From Lama glama (lineage: Eukaryota), in assembly GCA_028534125.1 (NCBI GenBank), contig CM052817.1, positions 39,620,001 to 39,684,000 on the forward strand: a stretch of 64,000 bases of DNA. The letters run 5' to 3'. Positions 1 through 12,109 of this stretch are shown here, in pieces. The position numbers and the translations under genes are program-made. Within the stretch, counting starts at the first letter, position 1. Each line of letters opens with the position of its first letter. The notes beneath the pieces were generated by a model. The model was not told the DNA's origin. It did not search any database and worked only from the letters and a program-made list of their open reading frames with translations.

Positions 1-1022
1 GCCTAAACTGGTGATTCATCTTCTCTTCAGTATCTACAGGTGGCTGCTAAAAGTGGACTTTGATGAGCTACTTTCATGCATCTTTTACCTCTCCAAACAC
101 CTCTACCCAAATTTCCTTCTCCTGTACCCTTTCCTCTTGCCTTGAAAACAGGATAACCTGTTGACAAGAGAGCCATGTGGCAATCTAGCTTAGATCATTT
201 TTCGCTGGGTGCTTGGAAGACAAATGATATTCCATGGATTTGCTCAAGCTACTCAGGTTTCTATTATTCACCTACAAGTCACACTGCCACTCAGGAGACC
301 CCTATTTCAGGCTTAAAGTTTGGAACACGTGAAAAAATTATTCATAAATGAAAATACAATGTTTTAATATATCTCTCTAACTCAAGGTAATTGTTTGATT
401 GCTGCTCTTTTAGATAACCAGGCAAATATTAAATAGTTATTGGGATTTACAGCACTTTATTTCTCTGAGTTTGGGAGCAAAAAAAGCAATAGCAACAAAG
501 ATATCACTAACGAAAACATCTGGCACGATTATATCAGTAGTCCCTCACTTCTCAGTTCATTTACTAGTCTCCAACAATCACTTAGATTTCTAGCAGAAAA
601 CGTTGATGTCCTCTCTTGCTGTATTTAAACCAAAAGTCTTAAGTTTCTAGTAAGGCTTTTAACAACTTTATAATACACTCTCAAGGAAGAAGTTAAGGAT
701 TCCTTTCATTGTTGTACAAAAGCTCAAAATGGCATTTTTGGACAAATCCATCGTGTCTAGCTCTAATGAGACCCCAGGTTCATACCACCATAGGCCACGT
801 GTGAAATCTGACGTTGACGACAGACAGGTGAAATGCTGGTCACAAGCAGGTAGCATCACGCTTCATAGGCACCAAGCATCACAAATGGATTTACAGGTGT
901 TTGTTTGTTTGTTTGCTTAGTGTAAGGGAAAGGGTTTTAACATTCTCTCTTATTAGTTACTCCAGTGGCAAAAAGTTCAGGGATAAACAAATACATTATT
1001 ATGTTTCTTTTTAAAATATATA

Positions 1023-2077
1023 GAAGACAACCTATGGAATGGGAGAAAATTTTTGCAAATGAAACTGACAAAGGCTTGATCTCCAGAATATATAAGCAGC
1101 TCATACGACTCAATAAGAAAAAAATAAACAACCCAATCCAAAAATGGGCAGAAGACCTAAACAAGCAAGTCTCCAAGGAAGACATACAAATGATCAAAAA
1201 GCACATGAAAAAATGCTCAATATCACTAATTATCAGAGAAATGCAAATCAAAACTACAATGAGGTATCACCTCACACCAGTCAGAATGGCGGTCATTCAA
1301 AAATCCACAAATAACAAATGCTGGAGAGGCTGTGGAGAAAGGGAAACCCTCCTACACTGCTGGTGGGAATGCAGTTTGGTGCAGCCACTATGGAAAACAG
1401 TGTGGAGATTCCTCAAAAGACTAGGAATAGACTTACCATNNNNNNNNNNNNNNNNNNNNNNNNNNNNNNNNNNNNNNNNNNNNNNNNNNNNNNNNNNNNN
1501 NNNNNNNNNNNNNNNNNNNNNNNNNNNNNNNNNNNNNNNNNNNNNNNNNNNNNNNNNNNNNNNNNNNNNNNNNNNNNNNNNNNNNNNNNNNNNNNNNNNN
1601 NNNNNNNNNNNNNNNNNNNNNNNNNNNNNNNNNNNNNNNNNNNNNNNNNNNNNNNNNNNNNNNNNNNNNNNNNNNNNNNNNNNNNNNNNNNNNNNNNNNN
1701 NNNNNNNNNNNNNNNNNNNNNNNNNNNNNNNNNNNNNNNNNNNNNNNNNNNNNNNNNNNNNNNNNNNNNNNNNNNNNNNNNNNNNNNNNNNNNNNNNNNN
1801 NNNNNNNNNNNNNNNNNNNNNNNNNNNNNNNNNNNNNNNNNNNNNNNNNNNNNNNNNNNNNNNNNNNNNNNNNNNNNNNNNNNNNNNNNNNNNNNNNNNN
1901 NNNNNNNNNNNNNNNNNNNNNNNNNNNNNNNNNNNNNNNGATAACTCACAGAGAAAAAAATGTGACAATGAGTGTGTATATGTCCATGAATGACTGAAAA
2001 ATTGTGCTGAACACTGGAATTTGACACAACATTGTAAAATGATTATAAATCAATAAAAAATGTTTAAAAAATAAAAT
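1023..2077 (+). mobile_element. Young 5'-truncated LINE-1 (end of ORF2 + 3' UTR + A-tail), interrupted by an assembly gap
   Basis: Open frame [26 protein letters not shown]...[18 protein letters not shown] matches the L1 ORF2 C-terminal cysteine-rich domain. AATAAA and an A-rich tail at ~2052-2077. Probable TSD aaaatatata at 1013-1022 and 2078-2087, at a TTTT/AA site. Confidence 0.95.
1440..1939. other. Assembly gap (500 N)
   Basis: Run of N. Confidence 1.
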
Positions 2078-3374
2078 AAAATATATATATACATAAATTA
2101 TTAGGAAAATGAGCAGTTTAATTCCAAAAACCCTTAAAATAGATACACAAATGTAATTATAGCTTTATTGTCAATGGAGACCCTTTTCCAGTGATCTGAG
2201 CCTACCTGAAGCGACACACAGGTCGGGGTGGGCAGTGTGCACTGTCACTCTGTGCTAAAAATTAATTTCAGGATTATACGTAAGAGTATGAATCCTAATT
2301 AGGTAAGTGTATTAATTTTCTTTTAAAATAACAAATATATCTCTATAGAAATCACAAAGAGGTGCGTGTACCAGCTGTTGCTTCTCTGATGCTTTTCACA
2401 GTAAAAGGATGGTTTAGCTCAAATTATCTAAGAGGAACAGTCCCATATGAACCCAGGGTGTTCCCCAACACACCATCCTAGTACACAGGGTAAGGGAGCT
2501 TCAAGTGTTCCCAGGAAAGCTCAGGCTAAGATTAGTAAAACATGTCAAGGTCCTCTATTATGACTCCCCCTACCTTCCCCACCTCTCCCTGCTGAATGTC
2601 TTGCTGTCATGGTTATAAATACCCAGGTACCAAATGCAATTGGAATATCGAAACAGAGGTGACCTCACTCATTTTTAACTAATGACATAAACAAATTATA
2701 CTCATATTCTTGAGCTATAATTACTTTAGTGACCTACGCCAATACATTTAATTTTGCTGATACAAAGTGCTGCATCTAACACAATATTTGATCAAGCCAT
2801 GAATATAGGATTAAGCAGGAAAGGTAACTTTACAAAGGTCTTTGTCAGAAATCCTAATCATCATCTAAGGAAGCAGATTCTCTGGGCACAGTAGATCTTC
2901 TTCAGGGAGGGGAAGCTCCTCTTTCGCCTTGGTAGGTTCACTTAAAAAGATGAATGTTGGAGGTCCTACTTTCTAAATGATAACTGGTACACACCCTTTT
3001 GTGGTTTTCTCTCTTTTGGTTGAATTCTGTTAGTCTTAATTTCTTCTGACTGAGTACAAGGGCCCCCAGCAGGTGAAACGAGCAGCCTCAGCATCCTCCC
3101 ACAGAGCTGCTGAAGGGCAGGCAAGCAGAGGGAGAAGTGGTCCATGAGGATGCCCTTCTCACGCTGGCTTGCACATGGTGTATATGCCCTCGACTGAGTG
3201 TGCGTGACACATACAACGTGAGAGTTTAGAGTCTGGAACATCATTTTGAGAAATGGGCCCTCATCAGAGTGGGAGGTCCTGTCTTCTCTCTGTTTGTAGG
3301 ATGTCTCCAATTATCTTTCTGTACCCTGAGACCACCAGCTTGACAAATGACTTTTACCTGGAGTTAGCCAAGGT

Positions 3375-3915
3375 GAATGGTTTGAGGCATAATCCTTCAC
3401 AAGACCACCCTCACTCTTGATGCCAACTGCAAGTTTGAGGGGTTCCCAAAACACCCCCAGGTTTGATAATTTTCTAGAAGGACTCATCAAATTCACTGAA
3501 AGCTACTATGCTAACCATTATGCCTTATAGAGAAAGGATACAAATTAAAATCAGCCATGGAAGAGATAGGTGGGGCAGAGTCTGGGAGAGTTCCAGACAT
3601 GAATCCTCTGTTGCCCTCCGTATGTGTTCCTTCTTGGCGTTGATGTCTGACAATACTCAGAGTATCACCAACCAGGGAAGTTCAGTTGGACTTTGGTGTC
3701 TACAGTTTTTATTGGGGCTTCATTACAGAGGCATGTTTGATTGACTGATTGATTGTGCACATGTTTCATCTCAGCCTCTAGGTCAACTGAGACAAATGAC
3801 CCAAAGCCTCCACCCGGAATCACATGGTAGTCTTTCTGGCACAGCCAGCCTCACCCTAAGATTATCTGGTGTGGCCAGCCCTGCCCTAAGACCTAGTGTG
3901 ACCAGCAGCCACACT
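3375..3915 (-). mobile_element. ERVL-type solo LTR, MER21-like
   Basis: Recognised motif caggtttgataattttctagaaggactca...aaaggatacaaattaaaatcagcca. Confidence 0.75.
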
Positions 3916-4178
3916 AAACAAAGAGCCAGTGCCCTTCACTATGAGGCAATTTTAAAAGGTGACTTTATCAACTTGTTATTTACTCTAGTGGAATCGAAAT
4001 ATTGTAGCATTATATCGTAACAGTGTGCTGCTACTTTCTCTTCTTTAGCGCCTATAAACTTTCATTAACAAACTACCCACTGCCGCTGGGTAATAGAGGA
4101 AGGGGCTCTGGGAGATGCAGGCATTGATCAAACTTGCCAGTGGCACCCAGGCACTCTGGTACTTTGTCATATGGACAC

Positions 4179-4641
4179 TGTATTAGTCTCCCAGGGCTGC
4201 TGTAACAAATACCACAGACTCAGTGGCTTAAAACAACAGAAATTTCTTCTCTGGCAATTCTAGAGTCCAGAAGTCCAAAATCAAAGTGTCTGCAGGGCCA
4301 CAACCCCTCCAAGGGCTCCAGAGGAGAACACTTGCTAACCCCCTCCAGCTTCTGGTGGCCTCCAGCGCTCCCCGGCTTCCTTGCCTGCATCACCAGTCTC
4401 CGCTTCTGTGGTCACACAGCCTCCTCTTCTTACTGTGTCTGTGTCACCTCCTCTTCTGTCTCTTTTAAGGACACTCATCTTAGATTTAGGGCCACTCTGC
4501 AACCCAGGATGGCCTCATCTCAGATCCTTAATTTAACGGCTTCTGCAAAGACACTTCTTTCAAGTAAGTTCATACTCACAGGTTTCAGGGGTTTGGGGGC
4601 GTGGACATATCTTTTTAGGGCTCACTACTGAACCCACTACA
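4179..4641 (-). mobile_element. MaLR solo LTR (MLT1C-like), full length
   Basis: TG...CA termini, tgtattagtctcccagggctgctgtaacaaataccac start, perfect 5-bp TSD gacac (4174-4178, 4642-4646). Confidence 0.9.
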
Positions 4642-5061
4642 GACACCAATCAATCTCGAGGAACAAGCACAAAACTTGGAATGAGATCTGCCCAGCTAAT
4701 CTTTATTTTGGGGGACTCCCTGGGAAATCTTCCTTTAGCACATCCAGGACCAATATCCAGCTTGTGGGGAACTGTATGTAGTCATTTAAATTCTGAAAGA
4801 TTTCTCCCCCACCTCTCAAACCCCCCCCCCACCACCACCTGAAGCTGACACTCTCCCTCCCTTAGGTCACCCTCTCACCTTCCCACAATCCCCAAACTAA
4901 AACTGTATGGCCTGGCACATCCAGGGGCCCCTAAGACTCTGTCCTAGCCCCTGCCCATCCACAATGATCAGTCAGTGCCCATGCCTTACCACAGAATTAA
5001 GCATTTAGAATATTAGCCCTGACTATTTCCATGCCAACAAGCACTGGTCGATAGTTCAGAG

Positions 5062-5292
5062 ATTATAAACTTCTTATAAATTGTATACATATTTATAGAT
5101 TTATTTATACATTATTTATCTATTTCTACCTATATTTGTTATATTATATATTATATTGTAACATAGTATTACATATGTTAAACTTATATTACTTATATAT
5201 TTATATAATATGTTGCTATTTATATTAGTATATTAAATTTATTTATTGTAGATATAAAATTAATAGATTATAAATTTATATTTATAAATTTC
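5062..5292. repeat. AT-rich low-complexity tract
   Basis: Almost entirely A/T with degenerate TA/TAT units. Confidence 0.8.
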
Positions 5293-5994
5293 TGATAGGT
5301 TTTATGGAATTGATAAGTTTTAATAAGTCCTACAGAAAAGAAAAAGCTTCTGTGAAAATATCAAAGGTTTTCTAACATTAATTGAATACCGGCTACGTTC
5401 CAAACACTGGGCTAAGGTCTATGAATAACATCTCCATAATAAAAGCCCCAGAGCATGCTCTTCGGTCATATTTTAAAACCCAGGGGGACATTTCTTTTCT
5501 ATGATGATTTATCCAAAGCTCAAAACAAATCTACAAAATCCTAAGATACTGCAGAAAGAATCATTCTGTCACAAAAGTTCCTGGACCATACAGGAAAAAT
5601 TAGTTCAGGTCTATGGAGCATTGACAGTGAGGGAGAAAAATCAAAGGAAAATCTTCAAATTTCAGAACTGGAAGTGAATCTGCAACACCAACATCCCCTA
5701 ACTGCCAGAAGCCACTTTAGTAGCCTGACTCCGCAGCTCTTCATCTTCTGCTGCTACCTCCCAGCAGTCCAGTACTTTCATTAATGGTTTTGTAACATGA
5801 TTGTTCTATATTTCAAGTCTAAACGTCCCTTTGTACTTTTTCAAGACAGACACAATCCCTCGGTGTATCTTTTTTCCAATTCAAGGATCCCAGTTCCTTT
5901 CACCACTTTTCACGGTCATTTTTGGCCACCTGTTATCCGCCTTGGCCACCTCTTCTAGAAATACAGTAGTTTCACATGTCTCTCTATAACGAAG

Positions 5995-6250
5995 TGCTCA
6001 GAACTTGGGTGGTAATTAAGACAGCAAGCTCTCTAGAGTCAGTTAATATCCTGCCACTAAACAGATGTGCAAACTGGGGAAATTACTTAATGCCCCTTTG
6101 TTCAGTTCTCTCATTTTGTAAAATGGGAATGATAATAATATTATTATTGTTACCTGTCCCTATAGGTGTGTTGTGGAGATTCCATGAGACATATTGTATA
6201 AAGCCCTTCGGACAGTGTATGGCACACCAAGAACTCTAGTGTTAGCTACC
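5995..6250 (+). mobile_element. MIR SINE
   Basis: MIR core ctcagttctctcattttgtaaaatgggaatgataata-like sequence. Confidence 0.75.
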
Positions 6251-6339
6251 AGTACCCTTACAAAAAACCCCAGCACAGTGGGACTATTATCTCCACTGAT
6301 CTAAAAACTGTCTCAGTGATTAACAGACCATAGATCACA

Positions 6340-6860
6340 TGAGTATTTTTTAGCAGCCACCTCACACTACTGTTGACTAGTAAACTCACAGGCAAACTAA
6401 ATTCCCTACTTTCTTCTTCTTCAAATGAACCCGTATTAAGTAGCCTAAACATACATAATGATATTTTTAATAAAAAGTGTACACTTTACATTTGCTTCTA
6501 CTAAATTCATCCTGTTTATTTTAGCCTATTATTCCAGACTGTCAAAGTCTTTTAGAGTTGTTACTGTTTCATACAGTATGTTTACTTTTTCTTTGGCTAA
6601 TGTGTTTTTAACCCAATTTAATAAGCATATTATGAATGTCTTCACTCAAATGTAGAAAAGCTAGGTTAAATTTCTAGGCATGTTTCCCTAGAGACCTTCC
6701 TTGCGACTAATACAAACTCTACATCAACACTCCTTGGATCTAAATTTTAAATTGACTACAAATCCTCCTTACCATTATAATCTGTCCCATGCAAGGATGT
6801 CATGAGGGGCTCTGTCAAATGCCTTACTGAGATCCAGATGAACTACATAATTATTTCCCC
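6340..6860 (-). mobile_element. CR1/L3 LINE fragment (RT region)
   Basis: ctgtcaaatgccttactgagatccagat is the antisense of the LDxSKAFD motif. Confidence 0.55.
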
Positions 6861-7142
6861 CAGTCATCACTGTCATAACACTACCCTCTCACTTCTTAAC
6901 TCCTATTCTCCATCAGCAATCAAAATCATTTACTTGTTTGCCATTTTAAAAAACTCAAGCATTGTTGGGTCCTTATTTTGCAGGTGCTGTGCGAGGTAGA
7001 GGAAATAGACCAATGAATGTGACCTAGATCTGTCCACAAGGAATTCAGAGTCTATGAAGGACAGAGAAGCAATCAGACAATTATAATGGGTATAGTCTCA
7101 TGGGTGAAATAACATGGGTAAGCGCAGGAGGCTGGACGCTTC

Positions 7143-7532
7143 CGTTACTATGGCTACATAGACATCACCTAAAACTTAGCAGTGTAAAGCCACACACTTC
7201 TTATGTGTGGACCAGGAGCTGAGGGGACAATGCAGACATCTTCTCTCTGCTCCATGATGTCTGAGGTCTCAGCTGGAAAACCTGAAGACAGTTGATGCCA
7301 GATGTAATTAAGTTTGTCTCCACATGGGCATCTTTTATGTGATCTTCAACAGGAGCTAGTTTGAGCTTTCTTAGAGTACAGCAGCTAAGTTCCAAAGATG
7401 AACAGACAGGGAGAGAAAGAGAGTGTGCGAATGTGAGAACACCAGGTGGAAGATACGCCATTTTCTGGGACCTAGCTTAGAAGTCACATAGCTTCGCTTC
7501 CAGGGCACTTTATTCATCAAGATGGTTACAAG
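7143..7532 (-). mobile_element. MaLR LTR (MLT1H/I-like), first part; continues at 7893-7910 and 12005-12109
   Basis: MLT1 motifs cacctaaaacttagcagtgtaaagc and cctagcttagaagtcacatagc. Confidence 0.65.
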
Positions 7533-7880
7533 GTTGTGGTAGAGGGAGGGGGAATTGGATGAAGGTGGTTAAAAGGTACAAACTTCCAGGCATAAGATAA
7601 ATAAGTAATAGGGATGTAATGTGCAACATGATTAATACAACTAACACTGCTGTATATTACATATGAAAGCCGTTAAAGAGTGTAAATTCAAATAGTTTTC
7701 ATCACAAGGAAAAACGTGTTTTTTTCTTTTATTTTGTATCTGGATAAGATGATGGATGTTCACTAAACTTTATGTGATAATCATTTCATGATGTATATAA
7801 GTCAAATCATTATGCATACACCTTAAATGTGTACAGAGCTGTATGTCAATAATAACTCAATAAAACTGGAAGAAAAAAAA
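7533..7880 (+). mobile_element. LINE-1 3' UTR with A-tail
   Basis: aaaaggtacaaacttccag...tgtatgtcaataataactcaataaaactgg + A tail; degenerate TSD aagatggttac / aagacagttac. Confidence 0.85.
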
Positions 7881-7910
7881 GACAGTTACGAAGTCCCAGT
7901 CAGCTTCAAA

Positions 7911-8431
7911 TGTCACTGACGAAGCCCATTAACAATTCCTGGGAAATAAACATAGAACCTGGGTAATAAAATAATGTCTAAGCTTTTTTTCCTTTGTGCT
8001 TAGTCTAGTTCCACTTGCTCATAGGGCAACGTGACTGGAGCTCCTAGTGCAAAATGGCTGCGCCTGACGCTGCAGCTGGAGGGCCATGTGCAGGAGCGCT
8101 GCACACAACCCACAGTTCAAGATGGGATGTTGGACTGTGTGCAGAGACGCCGCACCGGCCGATCTGGGGTGCCATGAGCAGCACAGCTGCACCCGACTCA
8201 CAAGAATCACCCCCGCCCCCGCAGCCAAGAGCCCTGGAAAGCAGCCCCACCCACCAACAGCCTGTCAGGCACAGTGTGAACTCCAGAGCAAGAGCCCGCA
8301 TCCCTACGTTCTTTGATCAGAGAATAAAGCTTTCCTTTGCTTCTGAACCCAACTCGATCTTGTTCTGCTGGCTCTAATGACACCAGGCAGGAAGGCCCTT
8401 GTTGGGAACTGACTCAGAAAGATAGGTAACA
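7911..8431 (+). repeat. ERV 5' LTR
   Basis: Starts tgtcac, ends ggtaaca, AATAAA at 8323-8328, homologous to 11511-12000. Confidence 0.92.
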
Positions 8432-8437
8432 AAATTT

Positions 8438-8455
8438 TGGTGACCCAGCTGGGAT
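8438..8455 (+). promoter_or_regulatory. Primer-binding site, tRNA-Arg(CCG)-like
   Basis: TGGTGACCCAGCTGGGAT just after the LTR; 15/18 match to TGGCGACCCAGATGGGAC, the complement of the tRNA-Arg-CCG 3' end as I recall it. Confidence 0.75.
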
Positions 8456-9559
8456 GCACTATGGCCTTTTCACCTGCACCTATCCACTAGGCTCCAGAAT
8501 CACCCCAGGTCCCGCAGGAGGACAGCAGAGGCTTTGGGAGATTCACTTGAAGATGGCTGACTCTGGTCTCTGAGTTCACTGGGACAGGGGAGAACAGTGG
8601 TAGCCTTCAGCCAAATTTAGAGCAACTCTGCCCAGCAACCCAAAACCTGTGCTGTGTGTGGGGCACACACAGCACAGCCCCCAGAGTAACTGCCCCTTTA
8701 AGGGATCACACTGTGGCATCATTGGGGATCGAGACAAAAACTCACTGGCTGGCCTTCCCGTGGTGCTGGACACTCAGGGACCATGTGGACCTGTGGACGA
8801 GAGGGAGCCAGGACAGTCTTGGCCACTATCTCACCAATAGTGCCATCCCCTTGACCTTTGTTTAAGGCAGTAACACCTGCACCTGGGCTTTTTGCCCTCC
8901 TTGCTGACCTCCAGAGGTCAATGGTAGCATTCTCCATAGTCACTTTCAATTTGGTAAAGGAAAGTGGCCAGCCCTGTGAGCCAAAGAGGCAAGACCAGGA
9001 AAAGGCCCAGGTAATGAGGACCGCCTGGTTTCTCGATCTGAATTCAGGAAAGGCACCAGGGATGCCCCAGTGTGAAAGAGTCCCAGGGCAGGTACTGGAC
9101 CAGTGACTTGACCTCTTCTGGTCAACACTAGTTTCCCTGAAGTGGGCAGGGGAGCCCTGTGAACTGCTCACAAGACCAGGAACCCCACTATCAGGAAGTC
9201 TTGTGAGCTGCTGGCAAGAACAGGCACTGCCCAACCTCTCCTCTCCCTTCAGCTTGTGAGGTGAACCTTGGGTGATTATCAACCGAGATTCCATGGGCTC
9301 TTCTCCCACTATCAGCACAGAACACCAGCTGCCCCAGCCATCCAGGGAGAACCCCATGGGAACCCCTTGTGCTTTCAGCTCTCACCTGGCAGGAAAACTG
9401 AAAATTCCTCCTTCTCAGCCTAAAGGAGGCAAGAAAAGACCCCCCACCTCAGACAGCTGTGCCACTCCCTAACGGGCCAAGTTCATCAGGAACTAACATG
9501 GCTAAGCTGCTCTGACCTGGAGGAGACCCCATCTAAACCCCTGTTGGGACATTCTGATT

Positions 9560-10190
9560 GAAGTGGGACCAGCTCTCTCAAGCATGGGCTGTTCGGACGT
9601 GGCAAGTGAGCAGTCTCAGATAGTGAACCCAATTTGGACCACAGAACCAGTGGGAAGACAGAGGCTGACCCATTATAAAAATATGATCCTAAAGGGAATC
9701 CAGGCAGCAGGAAAGAAACCTGTTAATTGGAATACAATAAAGGAAATCAATCAGAAGCCAACAGAAAACCCTTTGGCATTCCGAGAGCACCTAAGGGGAC
9801 ACCTCCAAAGCTAGACCACCACTGACACTGAGTCACCGAAAGGGAATGCAATGTGAGGTCACATTTCATTTCCCAGCCTGTCCTCGACATTAGGCATAAA
9901 CTTCAGAAACTGGAAATAGAACCAGATACCCCTACCTCTTGCCCTGTTGAGGTTGCCAACAAGGTATTTAATAACCAGGCTATAGAAGAGGTAAAGTCAG
10001 AGAAATAAAAGGTCCAGAGGCAAACCCACCTACTGGCTATTGCCTTCTAATGTCAACTCAGTCCGCATCAGAATCTGGACTAACTGCCCATAAAGACTCT
10101 CAACTCTGATGAGTGGAGGGACAGCAAGCCAAGCAAACCAGGATTCAATCAATGCACCACATGTAAACTGGAAGACAGAATGCCTTCACC
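9560..10190 (+). pseudogene. gag: Decayed gag (capsid with major homology region, nucleocapsid remnant)
   Basis: YKNMILKGIQAAGKKPVNWNTIKEINQKPTENPLAFREHL (MHR QxxxExPxxFxExL), then HFISQPVLDIRHKLQKLE and ANKVFNN, and a broken knuckle NQCTTCK; stops and frameshifts present. Confidence 0.88.
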
Positions 10191-10249
10191 ACCCTCAAAG
10201 GGGGATGCAAATGCAGATCCCAGCCCCAATCTATATTATTGGCTGGTTG

Positions 10250-11070
10250 AGGTCATGGTACATCCTGGCATGAAAAGGATAATCTGTTGGATAGTTGAGT
10301 CATGCCCCATCTACACACTGAACAGCTCCAACACCAGACCCCTCCAGAGGCCCTGAGATAAGGCCCATTCAGACCAGAGGGACATATGCTGGAGGAGATT
10401 GTCAGATTGATTTTATTGTCATGCCCGGAGTACTGGGCAATTTCAGCTGTCTCTTGGTGCTAGTAAACACATTTTCTGTATGGACAGAAGCATTGCCTAC
10501 TAAAACTGAAAAGACAGCTGGAGAGGCTAAGGCATTACTAAAGGAAATAATCCCCCGATTTGGGCTCCCAGGTCCCTAGAAAGCAATAATGGTCCAGCAT
10601 TTGTGTCTCAATGAAGGAAATAATAAGTGCCCTGGGCATAAAAAGGACTTTGCACTCAGCCTGAACACCCCAATCACTGGGGACAGTAGAGAGATCCAAT
10701 CAGACATCGAAACAGGCCTTAGCCAAGCTATTGAAACTCAAGAAAATTACATGAAGTTGCTTCTAATTGCCCTGCTCGCAAGCAGTTAGCCCCAAGGTTA
10801 AGTGCGTTTGAACTCCTATATGGTGGACCCATTCCCCAAGCCCAAGAGAAGGACCCCAGTGCCCCCCTGAAATGGAACAACTCAGTGTGCCCTCCAGGAA
10901 GGAGAAACCATGAAAGCTCTCACAGAATATGGTGATCAGGTGCTGCCTGCTCTCACAGACCTGGCCCTCCATCCCTTCCGGCCAGGAGACCAGGTGAACC
11001 TAAGAGCCTGGAAAACTGGCAGCCTACAAGCAGCTCACTCCTAAGTGGAACAGACCCCTTGACTACTCGT
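10250..11070 (+). pseudogene. pol: Decayed integrase portion of pol
   Basis: GGDCQIDFIVMP, LLVLVNTFSVWTEALPTKTE, KALLKEIIPRFGLP, SNNGPAFVSQ, PQSLGTVERSNQT, and C-terminal LTPKW; multiple disruptions. Confidence 0.9.
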
Positions 11071-11498
11071 GTGAACCTCTCTTTGACCTGAAGCTTCTCT
11101 TCCAAAAAAAAACAACCAAAGCGGGTAAGCAGGGAGCTTCAGCCATGGCAGTGGGCCTCCCCATCGGAGCCCATTCCCTGCAGACAAAAGACCTAGAAAC
11201 CCTCATTTTTAGGAAAAACTGGACAACTGGCCATTGTTCTCTTGCTAATATTTGGGTTGTGTATCTTAGACGGTCAGGTGGTGTTTGTCTCAAAAAAGGT
11301 TAGACAAACGGTGGTTTCTCAGGGACGCAACAGTCCGGGCTGAGGCCTGCAGACAACCAAGCACATCTAAAGGCGGCGGCAGAGCAGCTCTGCTCCTGCG
11401 CTCGGGGTTATGATGACGCCCACATCAGCAGAAGCAGCGACAGAAGACAGACCCGTGCCCCTCAGCGCCCCTCAAGGACGAGGAGCAGAACAGAAGAC

Positions 11499-11508
11499 AG
11501 AGGAGGGG
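11499..11508 (+). promoter_or_regulatory. Polypurine tract
   Basis: agaggagggg lying 2 nt before the 3' LTR. Confidence 0.8.
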
Positions 11509-11510
11509 CT

Positions 11511-12000
11511 CGTCACCCGCAAGGCCCGCTAACAATTCCCAGGAAATAAGAATAGAATCTGAGTAATAAAATAAAGTCTGACCGTTTTTTGGGTCCCTTG
11601 TGCTTCGTCCAGTTTCACTTGCTCCCAGGGCGCCGCGAACAGGCGCCTTGAGCCCGGCCCTTCAGTTCCTAGTGAGAAACAGCCGTGCCTGACGCCGCTG
11701 CGGGCTTGACCGTGTGCAGAGCCGCTGCGCGCAGCGCTACCAGCTGGCGCCCGAGCAGCACGCATGCGCACAGGCTTGTGAGAACTCCGCCCCCTTCTGG
11801 AACAGATCCCTGTAAAGCAGCCCCACCCACGGCCCGCCGCGGAGAGCGTGTGCTCGAGAGTGTGAGCTCACACCTCTTCATTCTCTGATCAAAGAATAAA
11901 ACTTTCCTTTGCTTTTGAACCCAGCTCGGCCTCGTTCTATTGGCTCACACAACACTGGGCAGGACCTTTGTTGGGGTCCAACTCAGGACAGTTGGTAACA
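11511..12000 (+). repeat. ERV 3' LTR (CpG-rich)
   Basis: Starts cgtcac (TG>CG), ends ggtaaca, AATAAA at 11895-11900. Confidence 0.92.
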
Positions 12001-12004
12001 CAAG

Positions 12005-12109
12005 GAAAGGGAAATAGACTCCACTTATTGATGAGAGTGGCAAGGTTGTGAAGAGCATGTGGCACTGGAAATACTGCGGTAGCCATTTGGGGCAATACAA
12101 TCTGCCCCA
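12005..12109 (-). mobile_element. MaLR LTR (MLT1H/I-like), remainder after the ERV insertion
   Basis: gggaaatagactccac...gcaatacaatctgcc, a typical MLT1H/I/J terminus. Confidence 0.7.

Larger units (their letters stand above)
7911..12000 (+). mobile_element. Internally deleted class I (gammaretrovirus-like, ERV1) provirus
   Basis: Two homologous LTRs, PBS, gag and integrase remnants, PPT, and a 4-bp TSD caaa (7907-7910) / caag (12001-12004). Confidence 0.93.

Noticed and set aside
965..2027. ORFs of 204-342 aa in the supplied track
   Set aside because: Their length is an artefact of the N gap; the only real coding part is a truncated L1 ORF2 end
8719..9357. 212-aa minus-strand ORF in the ERV leader
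   Set aside because: No recognisable domain; antisense ORFs are expected by chance in a GC-rich leader
11070..11498. Possible env or syncytin-like gene
   Set aside because: Only ~430 bp; no long ORF, furin site, immunosuppressive domain or CX6CC motif visible
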